From assembly GCA_051294375.1 (NCBI GenBank), contig JBJCIZ010000703.1, forward strand, positions 1-25,269: a stretch of 25,269 nucleotides of DNA, given 5' to 3'. The translations under genes and the position numbers were made by a program. This stretch comes from Paraspadella gotoi (Eukaryota > Animalia > Chaetognatha). This document shows positions 12,671 through 22,696 of this stretch, piece after piece. The notes beneath the pieces are model-generated. The model was not told the origin of the DNA. It was given only the letters and a program-made list of their open reading frames with translations, and did not search any database. How positions within the stretch are numbered: the stretch's first letter is position 1; each line of letters opens with the position of its first letter.

Positions 12671-13154
12671 AAAATACAGATCTTCACCTATTTCCCCCTT
12701 ACCTTGTAACTTTAGCAATATAGCAAACCTAACTATTTCCCGTTCTTCTTTTATGACCTTGCTCTCTGACATCCTTATTTAACATTTATCTGACCGCTTT
12801 TCTCTCTGACTCCGACTCCCGCCAATTTTTCCCGCTCTACCGATTTCGCCGAAATTTTTTCCTCTCTCTTTCCTCGCCAAAACTGGACTTTTTTGATTTC
12901 TTTCTTTTTCTCCAACGACTCTCTTTCTTTCTCCGCCAAATTTTCGCCGAAACTTTTTCTCCCGCCGATCTTCGCCACTTGGATTATACCCGCGTTTCGC
13001 CGAGCCCCGACATTCCGTTCCCTTCTTTCCCTTCCCTACCCCTTTCTCCCACTTTCCTTTCCCGCGCGATGTCAGATAACAATCTGAAAAGGGTCAGATT
13101 CTCTTTCCCCACCTTTTCCATATCGAGCCCATTTTCTTCCCCACTTTCTGTCTT

Positions 13155-13950
13155 CTGAATCCATTTCGATTCCGTTTCAAATCCATTTCTTTTTCCCCAC
13201 CTTTTCCATACCAAATTCATTTCTTTCTCTTTCCCCACCCTTTCCATACCAAATCCATTCCGAATCTATTTCCTTTTTTCCCCATCCTTTCCATTCCATA
13301 ACCAATTCGAACCCGTTTCGAATCCAATCCAAAATCAATTTCAAACCCACCTCGAATCTATTTTCCTCCCCATTTTCTTTCCATTTCAAATCCAAATACC
13401 AATCCATCTCAAATCTGTGTCGAATCCATTTTCCATCTTTATCCACTCCAAGTCCGATTCGATTCCATTTCAAATCCATTTCCCTCCCCATTCTATCCAA
13501 TTCGATTCCATTTTGAATCCATTTCGAATTCATTTCGAAACCATTCCATTCAATTTTTGAATCCATTTTGAATCCATTTTGAATCCATTTCGAATCCGTT
13601 TCGAAACCATTCCAATCCATTTCGAACCCCTTTTGAATCCTCTTTGAATCAATTTTGAATCCATTTCGAATCCAATTCGAAACCATTCCAATCCATTTCA
13701 AATCCCCTTTGAATCCATATTAAACCCATTTTTAAATCCAACTTGAATCCGTTTTGAATCCTTTTTTCGAATCCATTTTTGAATCCACTTTGAATCTATT
13801 TTTGAATCCATTTTGAATCCACTTTAAATCCGTTTCAAATCCACTTTCGAATCCATATTGAACCCATTTTCAAATCCACTCTGAACCCATTTTAAAATCC
13901 ATTTTCGAATCCGTTTAAAATCCACTTCAAATCGATCCCGAATCCACTTC
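13155..13950 (+). repeat. Degenerate ~11-bp minisatellite (GAATCCATTTT/TTCGAATCCAT)
   Basis: Dozens of GAATCC/AAATCC cores about 11 bp apart. Confidence 0.85.
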
Positions 13951-13984
13951 CTCCCCATTTTCTCCACAAATTGGATTACCCACC

Positions 13985-14186
13985 ATGAAACGTCGAATTC
14001 ACCATCACCACAACCGTCGAGGTCCACGTCGATGGGAACAGACTGGAAACGCACACTTTTACAAACAGAGGTGGCCAGGTGAGGGTTGCGCTATATAGAA
14101 ACGACCCACACGAAATCCGACTACTGCCCAACAACATCCAGTCAACAGCAGGCAGAGCGCCGTCGCCTGACTCCACCAGCGATTGA
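13985..14186 (+). CDS. Cryptic ~66-aa leader ORF of unknown function (needs one 1-bp correction)
   Basis: CCACCATG Kozak context. Removing one A from ATGAAAC gives MNVEFTITTTVEVHVDGNRLETHTFTNRGGQVRVALYRNDPHEIRLLPNNIQSTAGRAPSPDSTSD*. It sits in a unique, GC-balanced island between repeats. Confidence 0.4.
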
Positions 14187-14235
14187 TGTCCCACCTTTTC
14201 CTTGCCTTCTTTTTCACTTTCCTTTGCCAATCTGT

Positions 14236-14545
14236 TCCGGTCAAATATTCTCTTCACCTCCTTTCTACTGAGTCAGGTCCTATCCTCGCCTCAGCAGAAT
14301 TGAGCCGTCCACCCCCCCCTGTTCTTTTCACCTTTTCTTTCCCCAAAAATCTTTATTCGGTCAAATTAATTTCTTAACCTCCTTTCTATGGAGTCGGTCC
14401 TCTCCCCGCTCGGCAGAATATTGAGCCCCCTACCCTTTATTTCACTTTCCCCCAACATCTTTTTCGGTCAAAAATATCTTTTCACCTCCTTTCTACTGAG
14501 GTCTGGTCCTATCCCCGCCTCAGCAGAATTGAGTCCCCTCCCCCT
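14236..14545 (+). repeat. ~110-120 bp imperfect tandem repeat x3
   Basis: CGGTCAAA...CACCTCCTTTCTACTGAGTC.GGTCCTATCC.CGCCTCAGCAGAATTGAG at about 14238, 14357 and 14465. Confidence 0.8.
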
Positions 14546-14825
14546 CTCCAAAATCCCCCCGCCGCCGTCTCAGGCTCTCAATTAACCGACTCTTGACCGA
14601 CAGACGTCCCTCCCCCCTGTGATATGAAAACTAACAACAAACGTACTTCAGTGAAAAGAAAGCCTGTCTCAATAAAATTCTGTAAAGTTCTATCAAAGGA
14701 AACTGTCTTCTGTTTATACAGACAAATAACAAAAATATCCTTGTCAAATTCCTGTCAAATACAAACAACGACTAGTACAAATTCTCTAAATAGATAATAA
14801 ATTCGCAACCATACTACTAAAATCC

Positions 14826-14954
14826 TACTAAAAAGTCGCTCACCTAATGTGTAGAGTGACAATAACATTACTAAAAAGTCGCTTGCCTAATGTGTAAAGT
14901 GGCAATAACATTACTAAAATCGTCAGCACCTAATGTGTGCAGACAAATAGACAT
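14826..14954 (+). repeat. 43-bp tandem repeat x3
   Basis: TACTAAAAAGTCGCTCACCTAATGTGTAGAGTGACAATAACAT-like units at 14826, 14869 and 14912. Confidence 0.85.
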
Positions 14955-16169
14955 CGTCGTCGTCGTTGTTGGAAGTAACTAAAAACTAAATCGATAGAAA
15001 GAAACCGATTGAAATCTGACTGAAATCTGTATAAAAAAAAAAAAAGAGAAAAGAACTAGAGAGATTCCTGATGAAAGTATTTGAAGCAACATGCCCATAA
15101 AAATCTTTAAAACCTTGACGATTTCCTTCATCCATCTCAATATCCACTCCACCTTCTTCCCTTCTCCCTCCTCCCCTCAATCGACGGAGGTGAATAACCC
15201 AGCTCTTACTCTGAGAATCATCACCACTCCCCTCCACCTCCATCCCTCCACTCGGTCAGGTTTCACCAACCCCTATCCATACCCGACTCCCCTCCCACCC
15301 AGATCCCCTCCGACCTCCCCCGATCGTCCCAGGGCCGATCGCCGATCGCCGATCGCCGACGAGCCACTAGTCAACCCTGGTGAAGAGATAAGAGAGAATT
15401 GCATGCACGCGATTCCTTTTCTCTAACAATTCGGGATTTCCAATTTCACTCCCACTTCACTCTCTTTCACAATCCTCTTTCCAGATTTCCTTCTTTCACT
15501 CTCGCTTTCCCTTTGTAAATTTTTTTCCTTTCTTTTTCTCTCCCTTTGTCTCTCTCTTTTTAATAAGGACGAATTTTTTTTCATATTTCTAAATACCCAA
15601 TTCGTAAACCCTTTCTCTCTTTTTCTCCTTTCTCTTTCTCCTCTTTCTTTCACTCACTTTCTCTTTCTCCTTCTCTTCTCTTTCTTTCCTTTCTCTTTTC
15701 CTCTCACTCCCATCCCTCCGCTCTCCTCTCCCCCACTCCATCACCCCACATTCCATTCCCGCCGACTCTTCTTCCCCCTCGACTGCGCCATTTGTCAGCC
15801 ACTAGCTGTCATCTTTGTCGCAGAGTCTGACTTGTCGGTCATCATTACTGACGCCTTCGCCGTCACTTTCACATTCCTTGAGCAATTAACCGCCCAAAGC
15901 ACCTGCTCGGAAAGAAAAGGAGATCGACCGATCTTTCCTTGAACCATCGAGAAGACTCGGTCAGACTCCTCTCCACACTCAGCCACTGCACCCCCCTACA
16001 CCCCTCCCTCTTCTCCCTTCACCCCTCTCCATACCACTAAAGGAAATCGTCGAAAGAAAGAAAGAAAGTCAGAAAGTAACCTTGATTGACAGCCGCCTGC
16101 GAATAAAGTAAAAAAGAAGAGAGTAAACTCAGAGCCTTACTTTACCTCTACTTTCACCTTCATATTTAA

Positions 16170-16422
16170 AATTAATAATAACAATAATATAAATATAACT
16201 AATAATAATTAATAACAAAGAATAATAATAATTAATAACAAATAATAATAATTAATAACAAATAATAATAATTAATAACAAATAATAATAATAATTAATA
16301 ACAAATAATAATAATAATAACAATAATAATAATATAATATAATTAATAATATAATTAATAATAACTAATAATAAATAATAATGAACAATAATAATAATAA
16401 TAAAAATAAATAAAATAATAAA
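16170..16422. repeat. (AAT)n microsatellite with ~20-bp higher-order periodicity
   Basis: AATAATAATAATTAATAACA repeated; almost pure A/T. Confidence 0.92.
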
Positions 16423-16439
16423 CATATTTGACATCCCGC

Positions 16440-16700
16440 TTTCGAATTCCTCTCCTTCGAATCTTTTTTCGAAATTTCTCTCTCGATCCCTTCCCCTCTC
16501 GATTCCTCTTTCGACTTCTGGAAAGTTCTAGAAAGTTCTTTCGAAATTTCCCTCTCGATTCCTCTTTCGACTTCTAGAAAGTTCTAGAAAGTTCTTTTCG
16601 AAATCTCTCTCTCGATCTCTTCCCTCTCGATCTCTTCCCTCTCGATTTCTCTTTCGACTTCTGGTAATTTCTAGAAGGTTCTTTTCGAAATTTCTTTCTC
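16440..16700 (+). repeat. Imperfect repeat rich in TTCGAA/TCTAGA/CTCTCGAT
   Basis: TTCGAAATTTC.CTCTCGATTCCTCTTTCGACTTCT.GAAAGTTCTAGAAAGTTC recurs about three times. Confidence 0.75.
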
Positions 16701-16709
16701 TTCTCCTTT

Positions 16710-16952
16710 CCCACATCGAATTGCGTCACAATTAATCATAATCGAATCATGTTGAGCCACATTAAACGGCGATTCCCCACATGGAATTGAGTCACATTTA
16801 ATCATAATTGAATCACGTTGAGCCACAGTAAACGTCGATTCCCCACATCGAATTGAGTCATATTTATTCACAATCGAATCACGTTGAGCCACATTAAACG
16901 TCGATTCCCCAAATCGAATTGAGTTACATTTAATCATAATCGAATCACATTG
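16710..16952 (+). repeat. 66-bp tandem repeat x~3.7
   Basis: CCCACATCGAATTGAGTCACATTTAATCATAATCGAATCACGTTGAGCCACATTAAACGTCGATTC-like units at 16710, 16776, 16842 and 16908. Confidence 0.9.
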
Positions 16953-17029
16953 AATCTCGGTTCCATGCAATGAAGTGAGTCACAGTGATTCGAGATCCCT
17001 TCACGTCGGATCACATCGAAACGCATTAG

Positions 17030-17450
17030 ATCACTGGATCATTAAATCATTGTGTTATTAAGTCATTAAACCATTAAGTCTTTGGATCACTGAATCATTA
17101 AATCATTGGATCATTACATCATTAAGTCATAAAAATCATTAAGTCATTGAATCATTAAGTCGATGAAACATCGAATCACATTAAATCATATTAAATGACA
17201 TTAAATCACACCAAGTCACGTCGAATCATATTAAATCACATCAAATTTCATTAAAACACAGTGATCCTCATTTAGGTCACATTTGGGTCACGTTTGGGTC
17301 ACATTTAGGTCACACTTGGGTCACATTTAGTCACATCGATTCGCGTTGAGTCACGCTGAGTCACATTGAATCTAAACTTTTTTTCATATTGAATCACACT
17401 GAGTCACATTGAATCACATTGAATCACATTAAGCAACATTAAAAAACATA
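17030..17450 (+). repeat. Degenerate 8-11 bp repeats (AAGTCATT, GAATCACATT, TTTGGGTCACA)
   Basis: Runs of related short units that also form the core of the 66-bp repeat. Confidence 0.75.
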
Positions 17451-17529
17451 TCAGAGAACATTTAAGTATTTTTCCCTCAAATTATCCCTTGAGTCACATT
17501 TTTCACATTTTCCTTTTTTCTCACATTAT

Positions 17530-17631
17530 TCCATCTGAGTTCCATCTGAGTTCCATCTGAGTTCCATCTGAGTTCCATCTGAGTAACATCTGAGTAACAT
17601 CTGAGTAACATCTGAGCAACATCTCAGTAAC
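17530..17631 (+). repeat. 11-bp tandem repeat (TCCATCTGAGT x5, then AACATCTGAGT-like x4)
   Basis: Directly visible. Confidence 0.92.
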
Positions 17632-17729
17632 AAACTTTATATAACATTTTCTTGGTAACTTTTAATAACATTACAAATTATTCATATAACCCTCCACAAC
17701 AACTCTGTCATATAAAAAAAATTTTATTA

Positions 17730-18041
17730 TTAAGCTCCACATTTAAGCTCCACATTTAAGTTCCACAATTGAATTCCACAATTAAGTTCCCAAGTTAAGT
17801 TCCCAAATTGAGTTCCCAAATTAAGTTCCCAAATTGAGTTCCCAAATTAAATTCCACAATTAAATTCCCAAATTAAATTCCACATTTAAGTTCCACATTT
17901 GATTTCCACATTTAAATTCCACATTTAAATACCACATTTGAATTCCACAATTAAGTTCCCAAATTAAGTTCCCAAATTGAGTTCCCAAATTAAATTCCAC
18001 AATTAAGTTCCCAAATTAAGTTCCCAAAGTTAAGTTCCCAG
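17730..18041 (+). repeat. 13-bp tandem repeat (TTAAGTTCCCAAA/TTAAATTCCACAT), ~24 copies, ending ~15 bp before the gag ATG
   Basis: Directly visible 13-bp period. Confidence 0.93.
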
Positions 18042-18056
18042 AAGAAAATCATAAAA

Positions 18057-19288
18057 ATGAGCGACTTAGTGAGATCCACAGCTAGGGCCCAGGCGATCCC
18101 CGAATCCAACAACGAGGGTGAGAGATCAAATCCCCACATTAGGCAAAGATCGAGATCAAGGTCTCTAGATTACAGCAGGTCAATCGTGAGACGGGCCAGG
18201 TCCTGCTCAAGGGACGGCAGCGTCAAACGGCATGACCCAATACCCACACCCAACCACCCAACCACCAACGCCAACACCAACGGCAAAACCACCCCTAACC
18301 ACACCCTCCCCGACCCTGGTGAGTGGACTTCACTCCCCCAATTCCAAACAAGGAGAAGCACTCCACCACCAGTACAGAGTGATGATTCAAGTGAGGATGA
18401 AGATGAAGACGACAATATCGGTCTTCAGAAACTTGAGAACATTTGTCTTGACAATGAGAGGCATAAGATGAGTGTCACAACACTCACCTCTGAGTCTAGT
18501 CTAAGACACAGGGAGATCACTCACCTCAAACAATGCCTTTCTGAGGCAGAGATGGACATAATCAACTACAAGGATAAGAATGAGGACCTTGCTAAGGAAA
18601 ATGCTGAGCTCAGAGCGACATTAAAATTAATGAGAAATGAGGACAGGGAAAGAGCTGCGTTAGAGGCCGCAAGAGAGATTGACAGAAAACTCATCGATGA
18701 TGAAACTGCATCCTCTGTCTCGCCAGCAACATCAACAACTGCACTCCCAACACAATTAGCCAGACAGCGATCGGCCAAGCGGTCACTTTCGACTCGAAAT
18801 GAATCGATCAAGGTCCGGCCCGCCGACCCCCAATTAACCCATGCCTCTACCCCAGGACCCCAATCACCTCCCCCTCCACCTCCCCATAAAAACATGACCA
18901 CTGAAACAGACCAATTTGTGTCAGCCCTGAAAGAAGAACTGAGAAAGATGTACAAAAAGAAAGAGGCCTGCCGCTCACAACTGAGAGAAATGACATCAAT
19001 GCTCTCAGGCGTGAGAAGCATTGATATTGACCGCGAGCGCTCTGACCGTGATAGCAAGAAATCCACCTCTAAATCGAGCTCTCACAAAGCCCTTATCATA
19101 GATGATGATAATGATGATGATGACAGACATGATGAGAATGACGACGTCGGCGTCCCCACTGTCGACAAATCGATTCCCTTAAAAGCAAAAAACTTTCCTT
19201 CCAGAGAATCTAGCGCCTCCTTCTCTGATTACCTAGTTGCACTTAAAACATACATAAATACCTTTATCTACACTAGACAATATCTGCC

Positions 19289-19338
<50 letters not shown>

Positions 19339-20540
19339 ACAATGCACCACAGCAATATACACAGCCGCAGCTCTCCCCCTCACCCCCCCTGTTACAAATC
19401 ACGACCCCTCAACAACAACAACAACTCGCTTTTCCAGCTGTGGCTCCGTCATATAACCAACAAGCAGCCCAGCCTCCACAACAACAACAACAAACTCAGC
19501 CTCCGAGTTACAACCAAATCCTCAACAGCGACCAAACCCTGCCAAAACCTTTTGTTAGAGCAGATGGTTCAGTCACCTTCCGACCTAAGAAATCTGACAG
19601 AATCCCAGCCCCACCTGGAACCCAAAGAATGCCACCAAATGCAGAAAGCGACCCATCGTTTAGAGGGAAGGTCTGCCTAAATTGCCGACAAGTGAACTCT
19701 CACGAGACTTCATACTGCCAATTTAAAAATTATTGCACATTGTGCAACATTGAAGGTGACCACGTGACACGATGGTGTCCTTTCTTACAACAGGCGACAG
19801 CCTGGCGTCAACAAAATCAAACAGGTTGGCGGCCACCGGCGTCCCCGGGTGAGAAATGTTTTGAGAACCTCGTAGAGATAATTTCCCAAACATTTGACAA
19901 TAAGTTTAATTCTGTACATAATGCGCGTAACTGTATCATAGCAGCATATAACAATAGCTTTCGTCTAAAGCCCTCTGACACTTTCTCAGATCGCATTGAG
20001 GATCTACCTGGGGGCATCGTCATCGATGCCGTTGCCAAAGCAATAAATTGCAACATTGAAATCTTTGCTGACAAAGAACTGTACTACAAAACCTTTGCAA
20101 ACCATATTTACAGCATGTCCTTTGAGTTTAGCTTTGTAACCAATACCTTTGCACCAATATTTGTAGAAAAAGCCGTGAACGCATGCCCCACCCCAAATAC
20201 ACCCATAACAAATTCGGAAACTAGAATCAAACCCTGTTTTGCGCAGTTACTAGATATGAAAAAAGAAACAAGAGAATTACTTATCAATGCAGCAGGTAAT
20301 ATTGAAACAAAAAGACATATTCACGACATCCTAAATAGCAGCAGCGATTACAAAAAACAAAAGAGTATTGTGCCAACCAAAGTCAGCATCAGTATTACGC
20401 CGACCGAAAACCCCATTAATATTGCGCCACCCAAAATCATGCCCACACCAATCCCCATAGGGACAGAATCAGAAAAACTCCCCCAAAAACATTATAAACC
20501 CAATAAACAACAGCTTTACAACCTCAAGAGGTTCCATTAA
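18057..20540 (+). CDS. gag: Gag-like protein, 827 aa, with two CCHC knuckles and a C-terminal OTU-like domain
   Basis: The only long ORF, in gag position between the PBS and protease. RS-rich N-terminus, acidic patch, coiled-coil-like segment, polyQ (19290-19337), PPSY (19500-19511), and CLNCRQVNSHETSYC plus CTLCNIEGDHVTRWC (19674-19778). Confidence 0.85.
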
Positions 20541-20865
20541 AACTAACAACAACCAAGTATGGGATACTGTTATAGGACAAGACCTCCCAGATTTAGAATA
20601 TGAGGAATGCTTATTATATACATAAACTAATGGGAACCCCAATGAGAAAGAAACCACCCATAATGGGTGTACAATTACAAATATGCTTTCAACATAGTCT
20701 ACCTCACTCTTAAACAAATCAAATATAATAGACTTCCAACAAGTTCTTAATACTAACCAACAGGGTAAAGGGTCTAACCTCTACTTGATTGGAAAATTTG
20801 ACAATAAACTTGTAAAAGAGATGGTGCTAGATACGGGTGCTACGACCTCACTAATCAGTGATTAG
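20461..20865 (+). pseudogene. pol: pol remnant: retroviral-type aspartic protease N-terminal half
   Basis: The frame +1 relative to gag reads ...LYLIGKFDNKLVKEMVLDTGATTSLISD* (LDTGA at 20827-20841). There are two upstream in-frame stops (TAA, TAG), and it is truncated just after the active-site motif. Confidence 0.85.
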
Positions 20866-21120
20866 TAATCACTAATCTCTCCCCGGGCCCTCTCCAGAAA
20901 TTTCCCCCCAAATTCAGACCCCCGGGGACAAACATTTGGGCGACGTTATACCAAGCGATTCGGATTCCAACAAGGTTGATGAGTTTGAACAGCGCAATAC
21001 CGAAACAGAGGGCACCACAATTGCATCACAAAGAGCTCCAGGGTTGAATCACTCCTCCATCAGGTCTGCAAAGCTAGGAATATAAAGACACCACCAAGCC
21101 TGGTTCTGAACAACACAGAA

Positions 21121-21373
21121 AAATTTGAAAAGGGAGAAACAGTATTAATTTGGCGAGATTTTGTTGAGAAAAAAAATAAATACAAAAGTTAAGAGTTTAC
21201 AATATAAACTTTATCCCAAATATGAATTAGCATGAGTCATTGACGAAACAGGGGACGATTACCTTGTCTAACCCATGGACGGCGCTACTTCCCGTGTTGT
21301 GAACCGCCGCACCATGAAAAAGTTCTATAAAGAATTAGCGCCACCATTGCGAGTGAGCGAAGAGCCACAATAG
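21121..21373 (+). pseudogene. pol: pol remnant: integrase C-terminal (GPY/F-module/SH3-like) domain
   Basis: KFEKGETVLIWRDFVEK / KLYPKYELA*VIDETGDDYLV*PMDGATSRVVNRRTMKKFY fits the F..GD.VL...KL.P.Y...V......Y.V......VH...LK.Y pattern of gypsy integrase C-termini. One frameshift in an A-run and two stops. Confidence 0.7.
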
Positions 21374-22647
21374 TTTCTTTCATCTACTTTTGCGAATTGT
21401 CAGAGCGGCGCGAGCTTCGGCTACCGACGTCTTACGCTGGCGACGATGCCACCTGGAAACGCCTCGCCCCAGCGGAAGTCGCCCGCGCGCTGCTCCAATG
21501 CCTCAACTAACCCCTATTTCCCACCGGTGGCGCCTTTCCAGTCGAGGGTTGTGCATCCGGCCGGTGCCCTGCCCCTGAGACGCCATCCACAGCTGCGCAG
21601 CAACGGGAAAAACGATTTTGCCACACAATATTTACTCAAACTAACCAGTCATTGCCACAAAAACCACGTAAGTCGATCGCAGTCAAATACTACAAAAAGT
21701 TAAGAGTTATTTCCCTTTATGGCTCGAAAATGGCGCGAAACAACACTGTAAATTTGCAAGGTTATATGACAATCAACAATCAATCAACCAATCGCCCCAC
21801 GACGTCAAAACGTGACTCAATTTCAAGAAGTTTTTTTTTGGTCAATCCAAGTAATCCAAGTAAAACAACATAAGCAAACAGCCTACTGAGAATACAAGCC
21901 TAAGGAAGTTAAGAGAAAAATAGTAACAAAATATATGCAAAATCCAAATTTACAAAATTACAAAATTACAAATTACAAAGAAATAGTAATAATACAATAT
22001 CTGAGGCACTGAGTTTTCAAGATATCGATAAAACTAAAGTTGAAATACAAAAAAACTAATCCAAAAATACAAACGAACCAAATTCGAAAAGCTAACAAAT
22101 GAGTTTAGTTGAATGAGTCAAATGAGTGATTCAAAATACAAACCAATGAGTTTAAGAAAAATATTACAAACAGAAAAACAAGTTTCACAATTTAGTCTTA
22201 CCAAGTAAATTGTTTTGGGCAAATGAATTGAGCCTAAGTCTGAACTGGAGATTTAATTGAGGACGAGAAGAGTCTTAAAGTTTTGAAGGAAAATAGAAGA
22301 ATAGAGCCCGGAGCCTCTCCACTAATTACAAGAGAAGAACTACTAATTCTAAGATTTTGCCGACAATCAATTCTGATCGAAACTAGGACGAAGAAGAGGA
22401 TTCCGCCGAAAGGATGAGCCGCCGAGGCAAAGTGAATTGAAATCGCTGAAAAACGATAAAGCCTGCGCAAAACAAACTAGAATAATATGCTGTAAATACT
22501 ACTTTAAACTATACCTTACTTTACTCGAATTGTAGCGGTCATGCAATACTCCCCTCCCCTACAATCTCCCGTTTTTTGTTTTGTTGTTTTTTTTTATAAA
22601 CAAAAATAATCTGATTGATATCCAATGAATGATTTTCCATTATTTAC

Positions 22648-22648
<1 letters not shown>

Positions 22649-22694
<46 letters not shown>
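22649..22694 (+). repeat. Poly(A) tract, 46 nt
   Basis: Directly visible. Confidence 0.95.

Positions 22695-22696
<2 letters not shown>

Noticed and set aside
13177-13701. 174-aa minus-strand ORF (also 16252-16970 ORFs)
   Set aside because: These are translations of the 11-bp, AAT and 66-bp repeats; no independent coding evidence.
18170-20717. Antisense and alternative-frame ORFs overlapping gag
   Set aside because: Shadow frames of the long ORF with no recognisable motifs.
20866-21120. Reverse transcriptase, RNase H or integrase core
   Set aside because: Only ~250 bp separate the protease and integrase C-terminal remnants, with no YxDD or D,D35E pattern recognised. QVCKARN may be a scrap of the integrase zinc finger but is too short to call.
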